This document shows positions 1 through 8,448 of a DNA stretch of 44,989 bases, piece after piece. Source of the stretch: Verrucomicrobiota bacterium (GTDB taxonomy: Bacteria; Verrucomicrobiota; Verrucomicrobiia; Limisphaerales; CANJXF01). The stretch lies in NCBI GenBank assembly GCA_038214755.1, contig JBBQRQ010000037.1, positions 1-44,989 of the forward strand, read 5' to 3'. Every line of letters begins with the position of its first letter. The first letter of the stretch is position 1. The notes beneath the pieces were generated by a model. The model ran no database searches. It was not told the origin of the DNA and worked only from the letters and a program-made list of their open reading frames with translations. A program made the translations under genes and the position numbers.

Positions 1-9
1 CCATCGCGT

Positions 10-139
10 GTAGGGCAGGCTTTCCAGCCTGCCGGTTCCGGGGACTTTCTAGTCCCCGGAAATCTGCGAGAAAAACCTCAAATCATTTTTTTCGAAACTG
101 GAAAGTTTCGTAACCGGCAGGCTCGAAAGCCCGCCCTAC
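10..139. repeat. REPIN-like inverted pair, GTAGGGCAGGC family
   Basis: GTAGGGCAGGCTTTCCAGCCTGCCGGTT at 10 pairs with AACCGGCAGGCTCGAAAGCCCGCCCTAC ending at 139; each arm has an internal hairpin. Confidence 0.8.
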
Positions 140-224
140 GACTTGGGCAACACGCCCTCAAGATGCGCCCTCAGGAAATCGCTTTTTATTTACCCGCTTT
201 CGCCGCGAACTTCTTTGTGTCAGA

Positions 225-3200
225 ATGCGTCAGAATTTTTTCATGAAGCAAATGGTCATCTCAATGTTCGCTGGTTGTTTGGTATGGGCGCGCACCCTTT
301 CAGCCGTCGAACCGCTCCCCAAAGTTGTTGAGTTCAATCGCGATATCCGTCCGATCCTTTCCGATAATTGTTTTGCCTGCCACGGCCCCGATAAAAATCA
401 GCGCAAAGCCAAACTGCGTCTCGATACCGAAGCGGGCGCGTTCGGCGAGTTGGATGGCAAACATCCCGTCGTGCCAAAAAAAACCGGCGAAAGCGAAATG
501 GTTCGGCGCATCACCTCAGTTGATCCGGAGGAACAAATGCCGCCGCCGGATTCGGAAAAAAAACTGTCCGCGCAACAAATCGAGTTGATCAAACTTTGGA
601 TTCAACAAGGCGCGAAGTGGCAGGGTCATTGGGCTTACCTGCCACTGCAACGCGCACCGATTCCAAAAGTTAAAAATAAAAAATGGCCGCGCAATCCCAT
701 CGACAGTTTTATTCTCGCGAAACTCGAATCGAAAAATCTCAAGCCGTCACCCGAAGCGGATAAACGCACGCTGATTCGCCGACTGAGTTTTGATTTGACC
801 GGACTGCCGCCGAGCGCGGAAGAGGTTGAAAGTTTTCTCGCGGACAAGAGTGCGGATGCTTACGAAAAAGTTGTCGATCGACTTTTTACTTCGCCACATT
901 TCGGCGAACGGATGGCGATGCGCTGGCTTGATCTCGTTCGTTACGCCGACACGGTCGGTTATCACGGCGATCAAAACGTGAACATCTGGCCGTATCGCGA
1001 TTACGTCATCAATTCCTTCAACGCGAATAAACCCTTCGACCAATTCACCGTCGAACAAATCGCCGGCGACCTTTTGCCCGAGGCGACGCTCGAACAAAAA
1101 ATTGCTTCCGGCTACAATCGCTTGAACATGATGACGGCCGAAGGCGGCGCGCAGGACAAAGAATATCTCGCCAAATACGCTGCCGACCGCGTTCGCACCA
1201 CTTCATCGGTCTGGCTCGGCAGCACGCTCGGTTGCGCCGAATGTCACGACCACAAGTTCGATCCATTCACCACCAAAGATTTTTACAGCTTCGAAGCGAT
1301 CTTTGCCGACTTGAAGGAAAAAGGTTTTTACGGCGGCGCGCACGCCAACGGCCAGTGGGGAGAATTCATCGAAGTGCCGAGCGCACAGCAAGCGGCTGAC
1401 AAAAAGCGGCTCGATGAAACGATTGACGCGCTCGAAAAAGTTCTGGCCGCGCCGACAGAAAAATTGCGCGACGCTCAAAAAACCTGGGAAACGAAAACGC
1501 TCGCTGACTTGGAAAAGGAACAGCGCGCCTGGCTCGCGCAAAAACCGGAGAAGATTATTTCGCAAGGAGGCGCAACTTTGGAAATCCAAAACGATCTTTC
1601 CATTTTGGCGAGCGGAGAAAATCCGGCGAAGGATATTTACACGATCACCTTGCGCAGCGATTTGCCACGGGTGGCCGCAATTCGTCTGGAAGCGCTGACG
1701 CATGAAAGTTTTCCCAACAAAAGTTCGTCGCGCGCCAATGGCAATTTCGTTTTGACCGGTTTTGAAGTGGAAGCGACGAAGCCTGGCGACGCCGCTCCTC
1801 AGAAAATAAAAATCGCGAAAGCGACCGCTGACTATGAACAGAAGGATCAGCCGATTTCTGCCACGATTGATGACAAACCTGAAACCGGTTGGGCGGTGGA
1901 TGGACATACGCAGAGCAAAAATCATCAAGCGATTTTTATTTTTGCGGAACCAGTTGCCGGCGGAACGAACGCGGCTTGGACTATTCGGCTCAAACACGAA
2001 TCGGATTACGCCCAACACCATATCGGCCACTTCCGGCTCTCGTTGACTGCGGAAACCAACGCCACGTTTTTCCAAAGCTCCGTTCCGGAAAATATTTTGG
2101 CAGTTGTAAAATTGCCGGCGACGCAGCGGGAGGAGAAACAGAAAGCTGAGTTGGAAAAGTTTTATCTCAGCATCGCGCCGGAACTGGCGGAAACGCGAAC
2201 ACAACTCGCCGAAACGAAAAAACAAAAAGAGGAATTGACCAAAAAGATTCCGACCACGCTGGTTTCAGTGGCAACGCAGCCACGCGAAATCAAAATTTTA
2301 CGCCGTGGAAATTGGATGGACGACGGCGGCAAAGTGGCCACGCCCGCTGTTCCGCAATTTTTGCCGCAGCCCGAAATCAAAGACCGTCGGCTGACGCGTT
2401 TGGACTTGGGAAAGTGGCTCGTCTCGCGCGACAATCCATTGACCGCGCGCGCCTTCGTCAATCGCTGGTGGAAATTATATTTCGGCACCGGACTTTCCAA
2501 AGTGCTCGACGACATTGGCTCGCAAGGGGAATGGCCGACCCACCCCGAACTGCTGGATTATCTCGCGTTGGATTTCATGGAAGGTAGCGCAGGCGTCTCG
2601 CCTGCGAGAGGAACAGGCGAGACGCCTGTTCTACGTTGGGATGTGAAACACATTCTCAAACTCATGGTGACTTCGAGCGCGTATCGGCAATCTTCGCTGG
2701 CTGATAAATCAATTCGCGAAATCGATCCCTTCAACCGGCTGCTCGCGCGCCAATCGCGTTTTCGTCTCGACGCAGAAATGGTTCGCGACAACGCGCTCGC
2801 CATCAGCGGGCTTCTTTCGCCGACGATGTTCGGTCGCAGCGCGAAGCCGTATCAACCGGCGGGCTATTACGCGCAGTTGAATTTTCCGAAGCGCGAATAC
2901 GAAGCCGACCACGGTGACAATCAATATCGCCGCGGCGTTTACACTCATTGGCAGCGAACATTTTTGCATCCGATGTTGATGGCATTCGATGCGCCGAGCC
3001 GCGAGGAATGCACGGTGGAGCGACCCCGTTCGAACACACCGCTGCAATCGCTGACGCTTTTAAATGACCCGACCTTCGTCGAGGCGGCGCGCGTTTTTGC
3101 GGCTAAAATTATTCAACAACCCGGCGTAAATCCGAGCGATCGTTTGCGATGGGCTTACAAGCAGGCGTTGTCTCGCGCACCGAATAAAATTGAACTGGAA

Positions 3201-3383
3201 ACCTTGACCGCCCTTTATGAAAAGCATTTGGAAAAATACAAAGGGGACAGGGATGGAGCGCAAAAACTTTTGAAGGTTGGCGATTCGCCTGCGCCAAAGG
3301 AAATGGATGCGGGGGAACTGGCGGCGTGGACTTCCGTTGCGCGAACCATTTTAAATTTGCACGAAACGATTACGCGATTTTAA
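225..3383 (+). CDS. Planctomycete cytochrome c (PSCyt1)/DUF1549/DUF1553 domain protein
   Basis: Signal peptide, FNRDIRPILSDNCFACHG, HWAY, NPIDSFI, RRLSFDLTGLPP, CAECHDHKFDP, NPLTARAFVNR, PTHPELLD, RLDAEMVRD, SNTPLQSL motifs; followed by DUF1501 as is typical. Confidence 0.92.
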   Translation: MRQNFFMKQMVISMFAGCLVWARTLSAVEPLPKVVEFNRDIRPILSDNCFACHGPDKNQRKAKLRLDTEAGAFGELDGKHPVVPKKTGESEMVRRITSVDPEEQMPPPDSEKKLSAQQIELIKLWIQQGAKWQGHWAYLPLQRAPIPKVKNKKWPRNPIDSFILAKLESKNLKPSPEADKRTLIRRLSFDLTGLPPSAEEVESFLADKSADAYEKVVDRLFTSPHFGERMAMRWLDLVRYADTVGYHGDQNVNIWPYRDYVINSFNANKPFDQFTVEQIAGDLLPEATLEQKIASGYNRLNMMTAEGGAQDKEYLAKYAADRVRTTSSVWLGSTLGCAECHDHKFDPFTTKDFYSFEAIFADLKEKGFYGGAHANGQWGEFIEVPSAQQAADKKRLDETIDALEKVLAAPTEKLRDAQKTWETKTLADLEKEQRAWLAQKPEKIISQGGATLEIQNDLSILASGENPAKDIYTITLRSDLPRVAAIRLEALTHESFPNKSSSRANGNFVLTGFEVEATKPGDAAPQKIKIAKATADYEQKDQPISATIDDKPETGWAVDGHTQSKNHQAIFIFAEPVAGGTNAAWTIRLKHESDYAQHHIGHFRLSLTAETNATFFQSSVPENILAVVKLPATQREEKQKAELEKFYLSIAPELAETRTQLAETKKQKEELTKKIPTTLVSVATQPREIKILRRGNWMDDGGKVATPAVPQFLPQPEIKDRRLTRLDLGKWLVSRDNPLTARAFVNRWWKLYFGTGLSKVLDDIGSQGEWPTHPELLDYLALDFMEGSAGVSPARGTGETPVLRWDVKHILKLMVTSSAYRQSSLADKSIREIDPFNRLLARQSRFRLDAEMVRDNALAISGLLSPTMFGRSAKPYQPAGYYAQLNFPKREYEADHGDNQYRRGVYTHWQRTFLHPMLMAFDAPSREECTVERPRSNTPLQSLTLLNDPTFVEAARVFAAKIIQQPGVNPSDRLRWAYKQALSRAPNKIELETLTALYEKHLEKYKGDRDGAQKLLKVGDSPAPKEMDAGELAAWTSVARTILNLHETITRF
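2584..2634. repeat. 51-bp REPIN-like palindrome inside the coding sequence (in frame)
   Basis: GTAGCGCAGGCGTCTCGCCTGCG...CAGGCGAGACGCCTGTTCTAC, translated as GSAGVSPARGTGETPVLR between DFME and WDVK. Confidence 0.8.
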
Positions 3384-3500
3384 CCGCAGATGAACGCTGA
3401 TAAACGCAGATCAAAAACCGTGAAGGTGATGAATTTTCCAGTCAACGTATTGAGCCACGTTTTTCCCCATCTGCGTGTATCTGTGTTTATCTGCGGTTAA
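3380..3500. repeat. Inverted pair of ~10-mer tandem repeats
   Basis: TTAACCGCAGATGAACGCTGATAAACGCAGAT vs ATCTGCGTGTATCTGTGTTTATCTGCGGTTAA; the left arm overlaps the upstream stop codon. Confidence 0.8.
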
Positions 3501-3507
3501 TTTTTTT

Positions 3508-4941
3508 ATGAATCCATTTGAACAATTTCAACTCCACGAGACGCGCCGGACATTTTTTCGCCGCGCCGCAATGGGTGTGGGCGGCGTGGCATTGAGCTCG
3601 TTGCTCAACCCTTTTGCCGCGTTGGGAAAATCCAAAATTGCGGCGGACAAATGGGACGGCGTCATCGTTCCTCTGCATCTTCCCGCGCGCGCGAAACGAG
3701 TAATTTTTCTCTGCATGGCAGGCGGGCCGTCGCATTTGGAAACATTCGATGACAAGCCGAAGCTTGCCGAATTGCATGGCAAGCCGATGCCGGAATCGTT
3801 CACGAAGGGCCAGCCGATTGCGCAATTGCAGGGACAGAAACTAAATTGTTTTGGGCCGCAATATTCGTTTGTGTCGCGAGGGAAATCGGGACAGAAAATT
3901 TCCGAATCGTTTCCGCATATCGGCAGCATCGCGGATGACATTTGCATTATTCGTTCGATGCACACGGAGCAGATCAATCACGATCCGGCGCACACTTTTA
4001 TGAATACCGGCACATCCATTTCCGGAAGGCCGAGCATGGGTTCATGGCTGACTTATGGTTTGGGAAGCGATTGCGAAAATCTGCCGGGCTTCGTCGTGCT
4101 GACTTCTTCGGGCGGCGGACAAGACCAGCCGATTTCTTCGCGGCAATGGCACAGCGGATTTTTGCCGAGCCGTTTCCAGGGAGTTCATTTTCATTCCAAG
4201 GGCGATCCGGTTCTTTACATAAAAAATCCGCCAGGAATTTCTTCAGAAATTCAGCGCGATGTGATCGACGCAGCAAATTCTTTGAATCGTAAATTGAACA
4301 ACGAAATTGACGATCCGGAAATTGCCACGCGCATCAGCCAATACGAAATGGCTTTCAAGATGCAATCGAGTGTGCCGGGTTTAATGGATATTTCCGATGA
4401 ACCGCAAAGCGTTCTCGACATGTATGGAACGAAAGGCGGCGATGGAACTTTCGCCGCGAATTGTTTGCTCGCGCGAAGACTCGCCGAACGCGGCGTGAGA
4501 TTTATTCAGCTTTATCATCGCGGATGGGATCATCACAGCGGAATTAAAAAAGGAATCGAAACCACTTCCGGTCTGGTGGACAAGGCGTCGGCGGCGCTGG
4601 TGAAAGATTTGAAACAGCGCGGCATGTTGGACGACACGCTGGTGGTTTGGGGCGGAGAGTTTGGCCGCACTCCGATGGGTCAAGGGGATGGGCGCGACCA
4701 TCATATCAAAGGTTTTTCAATCTGGATGGCGGGCGCGGGAGTCAACGGTGGAATGAGTTATGGCAACACCGACGAACTCGGTTACAACGCGGTGGAAAAT
4801 CCAGTTCACGTCCACGATTTTCACGCGACGATGCTTCATCTGCTCGGCGTCGATCACAAAAAATTAACGTACCGTTTTCAAGGCCGCGATTTTCGCCTGA
4901 CTGATGTGAGCGGAGAAGTGGTGAAGGCGATTCTCACTTAA
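3508..4941 (+). CDS. DUF1501 domain protein (Tat-exported, sulfatase-like)
   Basis: TRRTFF Tat motif, AKRVIFLCMAGGPSHLETFD, RRLAERGVRFIQL, GEFGRTP, GRDH; start set at ATG 3508. Confidence 0.93.
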   Translation: MNPFEQFQLHETRRTFFRRAAMGVGGVALSSLLNPFAALGKSKIAADKWDGVIVPLHLPARAKRVIFLCMAGGPSHLETFDDKPKLAELHGKPMPESFTKGQPIAQLQGQKLNCFGPQYSFVSRGKSGQKISESFPHIGSIADDICIIRSMHTEQINHDPAHTFMNTGTSISGRPSMGSWLTYGLGSDCENLPGFVVLTSSGGGQDQPISSRQWHSGFLPSRFQGVHFHSKGDPVLYIKNPPGISSEIQRDVIDAANSLNRKLNNEIDDPEIATRISQYEMAFKMQSSVPGLMDISDEPQSVLDMYGTKGGDGTFAANCLLARRLAERGVRFIQLYHRGWDHHSGIKKGIETTSGLVDKASAALVKDLKQRGMLDDTLVVWGGEFGRTPMGQGDGRDHHIKGFSIWMAGAGVNGGMSYGNTDELGYNAVENPVHVHDFHATMLHLLGVDHKKLTYRFQGRDFRLTDVSGEVVKAILT

Positions 4942-4978
4942 AACCCACTCGTGAAATAAAACGGTGCGCCAAAAACTT

Positions 4979-6670
4979 TTATGGTTTTACATTTTTGCGC
5001 CAGGAGCCGAGCGGCAAAACGTCCGCGCGTTTCGCCCAGGCATCCCATTTGGCCGCCAGTTCCTGAACCTTCCTCGACTGCATTTTTGCCAGATCGTGCA
5101 TCTCTGTGCGGTCGGCTTGCATGTCGTAAAGTTCCCACGGCTCATTTTCTTTCGCGACCAGTTTCCATTTGCCATCACGAACTGCGCGGTTGCTTTCGTG
5201 CTCCCAGAAAATAGGATTTTTCCGCGCGAGTGAATTTCCCTTGAAAGCGGGCCGCAACGAAACTCCTTCCATCGGTTTGATTTTTTCTCCATTCAAATTT
5301 TCTGGATACGCCGCGCCCGCCACATCGACACACGTCGCCATCAGATCGATCAAATGCCCGGGCTGTGGCTCAAGTTTTCCGCGACGCTTTGCCGGAATTC
5401 CTTTCGGCCAATGCGCGATCAGTGGCGTGCTGATTCCTCCTTCGTGGACCCAATGCTTGTATTCGCGGAAGGGCGTGTTGGAAACGTTCGCCCAACTTTT
5501 TCCGTAGGCCACGTAACTGTCCGGTGGGCCAGGCATGACTTGGGGACCCGTTCGCACCCAACGCCCGTCCCGCGTTTGCATGGGCGGCCAAATTTTAGGT
5601 TGAAGATCGTCTGGGCCGAAGGGTTTGAGAGGCGTGGGCGACTCTGGCTTATTCAAATCGCGTCCCATCGCTTCCGCGCAACCGCCGTTGTCCTGCAAAA
5701 AGAAAATCAGGGTGTTGTCGAGTTGCCCGGCGCGTTTCAACTGCGCGACGATGCGGCCAATGCCTTGATCCAGGTTGTCCACCATCGCTGCGTACACTTC
5801 CATGCAGCGCGCTTCCCAATCTCTGTTCGTGACGCTGTTCCAGTCACCGGCTTGCGGAGAAATATTCCATTGGGAATCCATCAAGCCCATTTGCTTCATG
5901 CGTTTGACGCGCGCTTGGCGAATCGGTTCGTAACCGTCATCAAATTTTCCATGATATTTGGCGATGTCCTTTTCCAACGCATGCATCGGCCAATGTGCCG
6001 CGGTGAAGGCCAGATACATAAAGAATGGTTTCTCCTGTTTTTCCGCAGAATGTTGCTGCAAAAATTTTACCGCGTTGTCACTCAGCGCCTCGGTGTAATA
6101 AAATTTTTGCGCCGGCTTGTACTCGGGATCGTTTTCAGGTGTGATGAAAGTATTTTGCCGACAAAGTGTCGTTGGATCGTAAAAATTTCCACCACCAGTG
6201 ATCGTGCCGTAAAACTTTTCAAACCCGCGTTGGATTGGCCATGCAGATTTGTCGCCATCGGGCCGGATGTCTTGCGCGACATGCCATTTGCCGCACATGT
6301 AAGTGCTATAACCCGCAGCGCGCAAAACTTCCGCAATGGTGACACACTCATGATTCAGCGTGCCGCGATAACCGGTCGCTCCGCTGTTATGCGTCATGTG
6401 CCCCATCCCGGCCTGATGCGAGTAGAGTCCGGTGAGCAACGCGGCGCGAGTCGGACAACAACGCGCTGTGTTGTAAAACTGGGTGAAACGAATTCCGTTT
6501 TTCGCGAGCGAATCCAAATTGGGCGTTTTAATTTCTCCGCCATAACAGCCCAGGTCGGAGAAGCCCATGTCATCGGATAGCATGATGAGGATGTTTGGTT
6601 TGGATGACGCAGAGATGGCTTGCGCCAGACAACATAAAGACAGGGAGCACAGATGAATTATTTTTTTCAT
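4979..6670 (-). CDS. Arylsulfatase (Cys-type)
   Basis: Signal peptide, KPNILIMLSDDMG, CCPTR formylglycine motif, GKWH, ELYD; start ATG 6670. Confidence 0.93.
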   Translation of the reverse strand: MKKIIHLCSLSLCCLAQAISASSKPNILIMLSDDMGFSDLGCYGGEIKTPNLDSLAKNGIRFTQFYNTARCCPTRAALLTGLYSHQAGMGHMTHNSGATGYRGTLNHECVTIAEVLRAAGYSTYMCGKWHVAQDIRPDGDKSAWPIQRGFEKFYGTITGGGNFYDPTTLCRQNTFITPENDPEYKPAQKFYYTEALSDNAVKFLQQHSAEKQEKPFFMYLAFTAAHWPMHALEKDIAKYHGKFDDGYEPIRQARVKRMKQMGLMDSQWNISPQAGDWNSVTNRDWEARCMEVYAAMVDNLDQGIGRIVAQLKRAGQLDNTLIFFLQDNGGCAEAMGRDLNKPESPTPLKPFGPDDLQPKIWPPMQTRDGRWVRTGPQVMPGPPDSYVAYGKSWANVSNTPFREYKHWVHEGGISTPLIAHWPKGIPAKRRGKLEPQPGHLIDLMATCVDVAGAAYPENLNGEKIKPMEGVSLRPAFKGNSLARKNPIFWEHESNRAVRDGKWKLVAKENEPWELYDMQADRTEMHDLAKMQSRKVQELAAKWDAWAKRADVLPLGSWRKNVKP

Positions 6671-6791
6671 TATTTTTGCATCAGGCGGCAACGACCGACG
6701 TTGACGTGGTGGACATTGTACTCGGTTGATAGGCGATGTGACAGCCAATTAACGCAAAAACAAAATATGCGGGAGTAACCTAACTGCTATC

Positions 6792-7580
6792 TCAAGGCGG
6801 GGTTGGACATGGACACCAATTGCTACCGAAGGTGTTGGTTAGGATCGCAGGCTGGTTTGGCACCACGTTGGGCTTGATGAGGTTGGCGGCCTGGCTACCC
6901 CAGAAAATAGAGAAGGTGCGTTGGGCGTTAGGCATGACCATTTTGGCGCAGACTATCCCAGGGTTGTTCTTTGTTTTCTGACGGAAGAAATCATAGGTGC
7001 TGAAGCCGATGCTGTCGTCGCGCATGAATAAAGATAGATGCCTTGATTCAACTTACGGAAGGCGGCTTTTTCTACGCCTGGGGCAGTTGCATAGGTGAAG
7101 GACTCAAGGTCAAAGGGGATGAACCGTGCCTTGGTATCGCCGTCGGGAGGGGCCATGGTAAAGCCAAGCCTTCCGGCCTTGAATTTTACGGCCTGCTCGG
7201 CATGACAAACCACACAGAGATTGGGAACGATTTTCGCGCCAGCGCCGTCGAGGTCGGCATTGGGTCTTAGAGGACGGTTGGGGTTCCTTCCAATATCAAA
7301 CACGTCGAACTTCGTATAGCGTTTTTTTCCATCCCAAGCGAAGTCCATCGCTACGGTCGCAGGAGCTTCATCAGCGACCGAGAGCGGCTTGCCGACTATA
7401 CCTGCTTTGGCCGCTTCCAGCGAAGGATAGTTCACCACGTAATAGGCAATATTCGTTTTTTCCATCGCTCCCCGAAGTAATTTTCATGTGGATGTCACGC
7501 TCGAAGCCGAGATCAGTGGCGTTAAAACATAATGCTTTGGCATCCTCGCTGTACCCTGTAAAATCGCCTGTGGGCAACAA
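6792..7580 (-). pseudogene. Fragmented CxxCH-containing (cytochrome c-like) protein gene
   Basis: Three consecutive minus-strand pieces in shifting frames (7371-7586, 6953-7465, 6792-7025) read as one protein: FNATDLGFERDIH / YYVVNYP..ATVAM..DLDGAGAK..LCVVCH..FIPFDL / VC..VMPNAQRTFSIFW; frameshift at the T6 run 7456-7461; no 5' end. Confidence 0.6.
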
Positions 7581-8240
7581 AAGCAACCTCGTCAGCTATA
7601 CGACGACATTGACCGATAACTTGAATCAGTCTCCCGCGTTCTACGGCTATACGGTTAATTCACCTGCTCCAGAGTCTTCATTCCCAACTTGGGATTACGT
7701 GAATGGCTATACAGTCGTCGTCAGTAGGAACGCATTCGGTGCTGCTGGTTTCGGCGGGGTCACCATTGGGCTGGTCCATAATTCGCCGGCCAAGAAGGGT
7801 AACAATGCCGTTACTCCCACCAACTGCACCCAATGTGTAACTAATATCGCCTACGCAGGCACGAACCGTAATGGGATGCTTGTTGCCATGGCCTCTGCCC
7901 AGGAAGCCGTCTGCACTGGAAACCCGCCGGGCTGCACTCTCGGTCCTTGCACGCCTCCATATCCTTTCCCAAGCACCAACGCCTTGACGAGCATTGCCTT
8001 TAATGAAAGTGAGGTATTGCGAACCAGTAAGGTTTCCGTCGTGACGGGCTGCATCCCAAATCAGATCCAAGTCTTCTACAACGACGAACACGCATTGACC
8101 CTTGGCATTCGCGAGGTGAACGTGCTGAGGAAATCGGGGAAGATTACGACCACTAGCTACCCCGTTACGCCGCTGGGATCAAATCCTGGCACCGCGCTGA
8201 ACCCCTTGGTAGGCTCGACCCAAACCACTGGCGACCAGGG
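7580..8240 (+). pseudogene. Internal fragment of a Thr/Asn/Pro/Cys-rich secreted or surface protein
   Basis: Protein-like composition only between ~7580 and 8240; upstream is the antisense of another fragment and downstream reads into a REP element; no signal peptide or proper start. Confidence 0.55.
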
Positions 8241-8352
8241 GACCCGTTCCCTGCTTTGGCTGCACAGTGAAAAAGCCAGGAAGGATCTTTTTGAGCACTT
8301 CCTGCATCGCGCAACGTGCAGGAAAAGCGGCGCCATGCCGCCGCCCCTCCAA
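8238..8352. repeat. 5'-truncated REPIN of the (TTG)GAGTGCGG family
   Basis: GGGGAC..TCCC..CTTTGGCTGCAC matches 31272-31299 at 22/28; right arm GCAGGAAAAGCGGCGCCATGCCGCC matches 31607-31631 at 24/25. Confidence 0.7.
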
Positions 8353-8448
8353 GGAAACGAAATCCCGCCTCACCCGTTTTTAACCGCCCCCTGATTTTCC
8401 CTATCGGATGCCGTTTTCACATTGTTCGCGCGAAATATTTTCTGAGAA

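Noticed and set aside
5354..6580. Long antisense ORFs (also 1203-2225, 20000-21100, 16096-16974, 42910-43761)
   Set aside because: Shadow frames opposite well-supported genes, with no recognisable motifs
7486..8394. 302-aa ORF as a genuine gene
   Set aside because: Its first ~30 codons are antisense to another gene fragment and its last ~50 codons read through a REP element, so it is treated as a chimeric open frame
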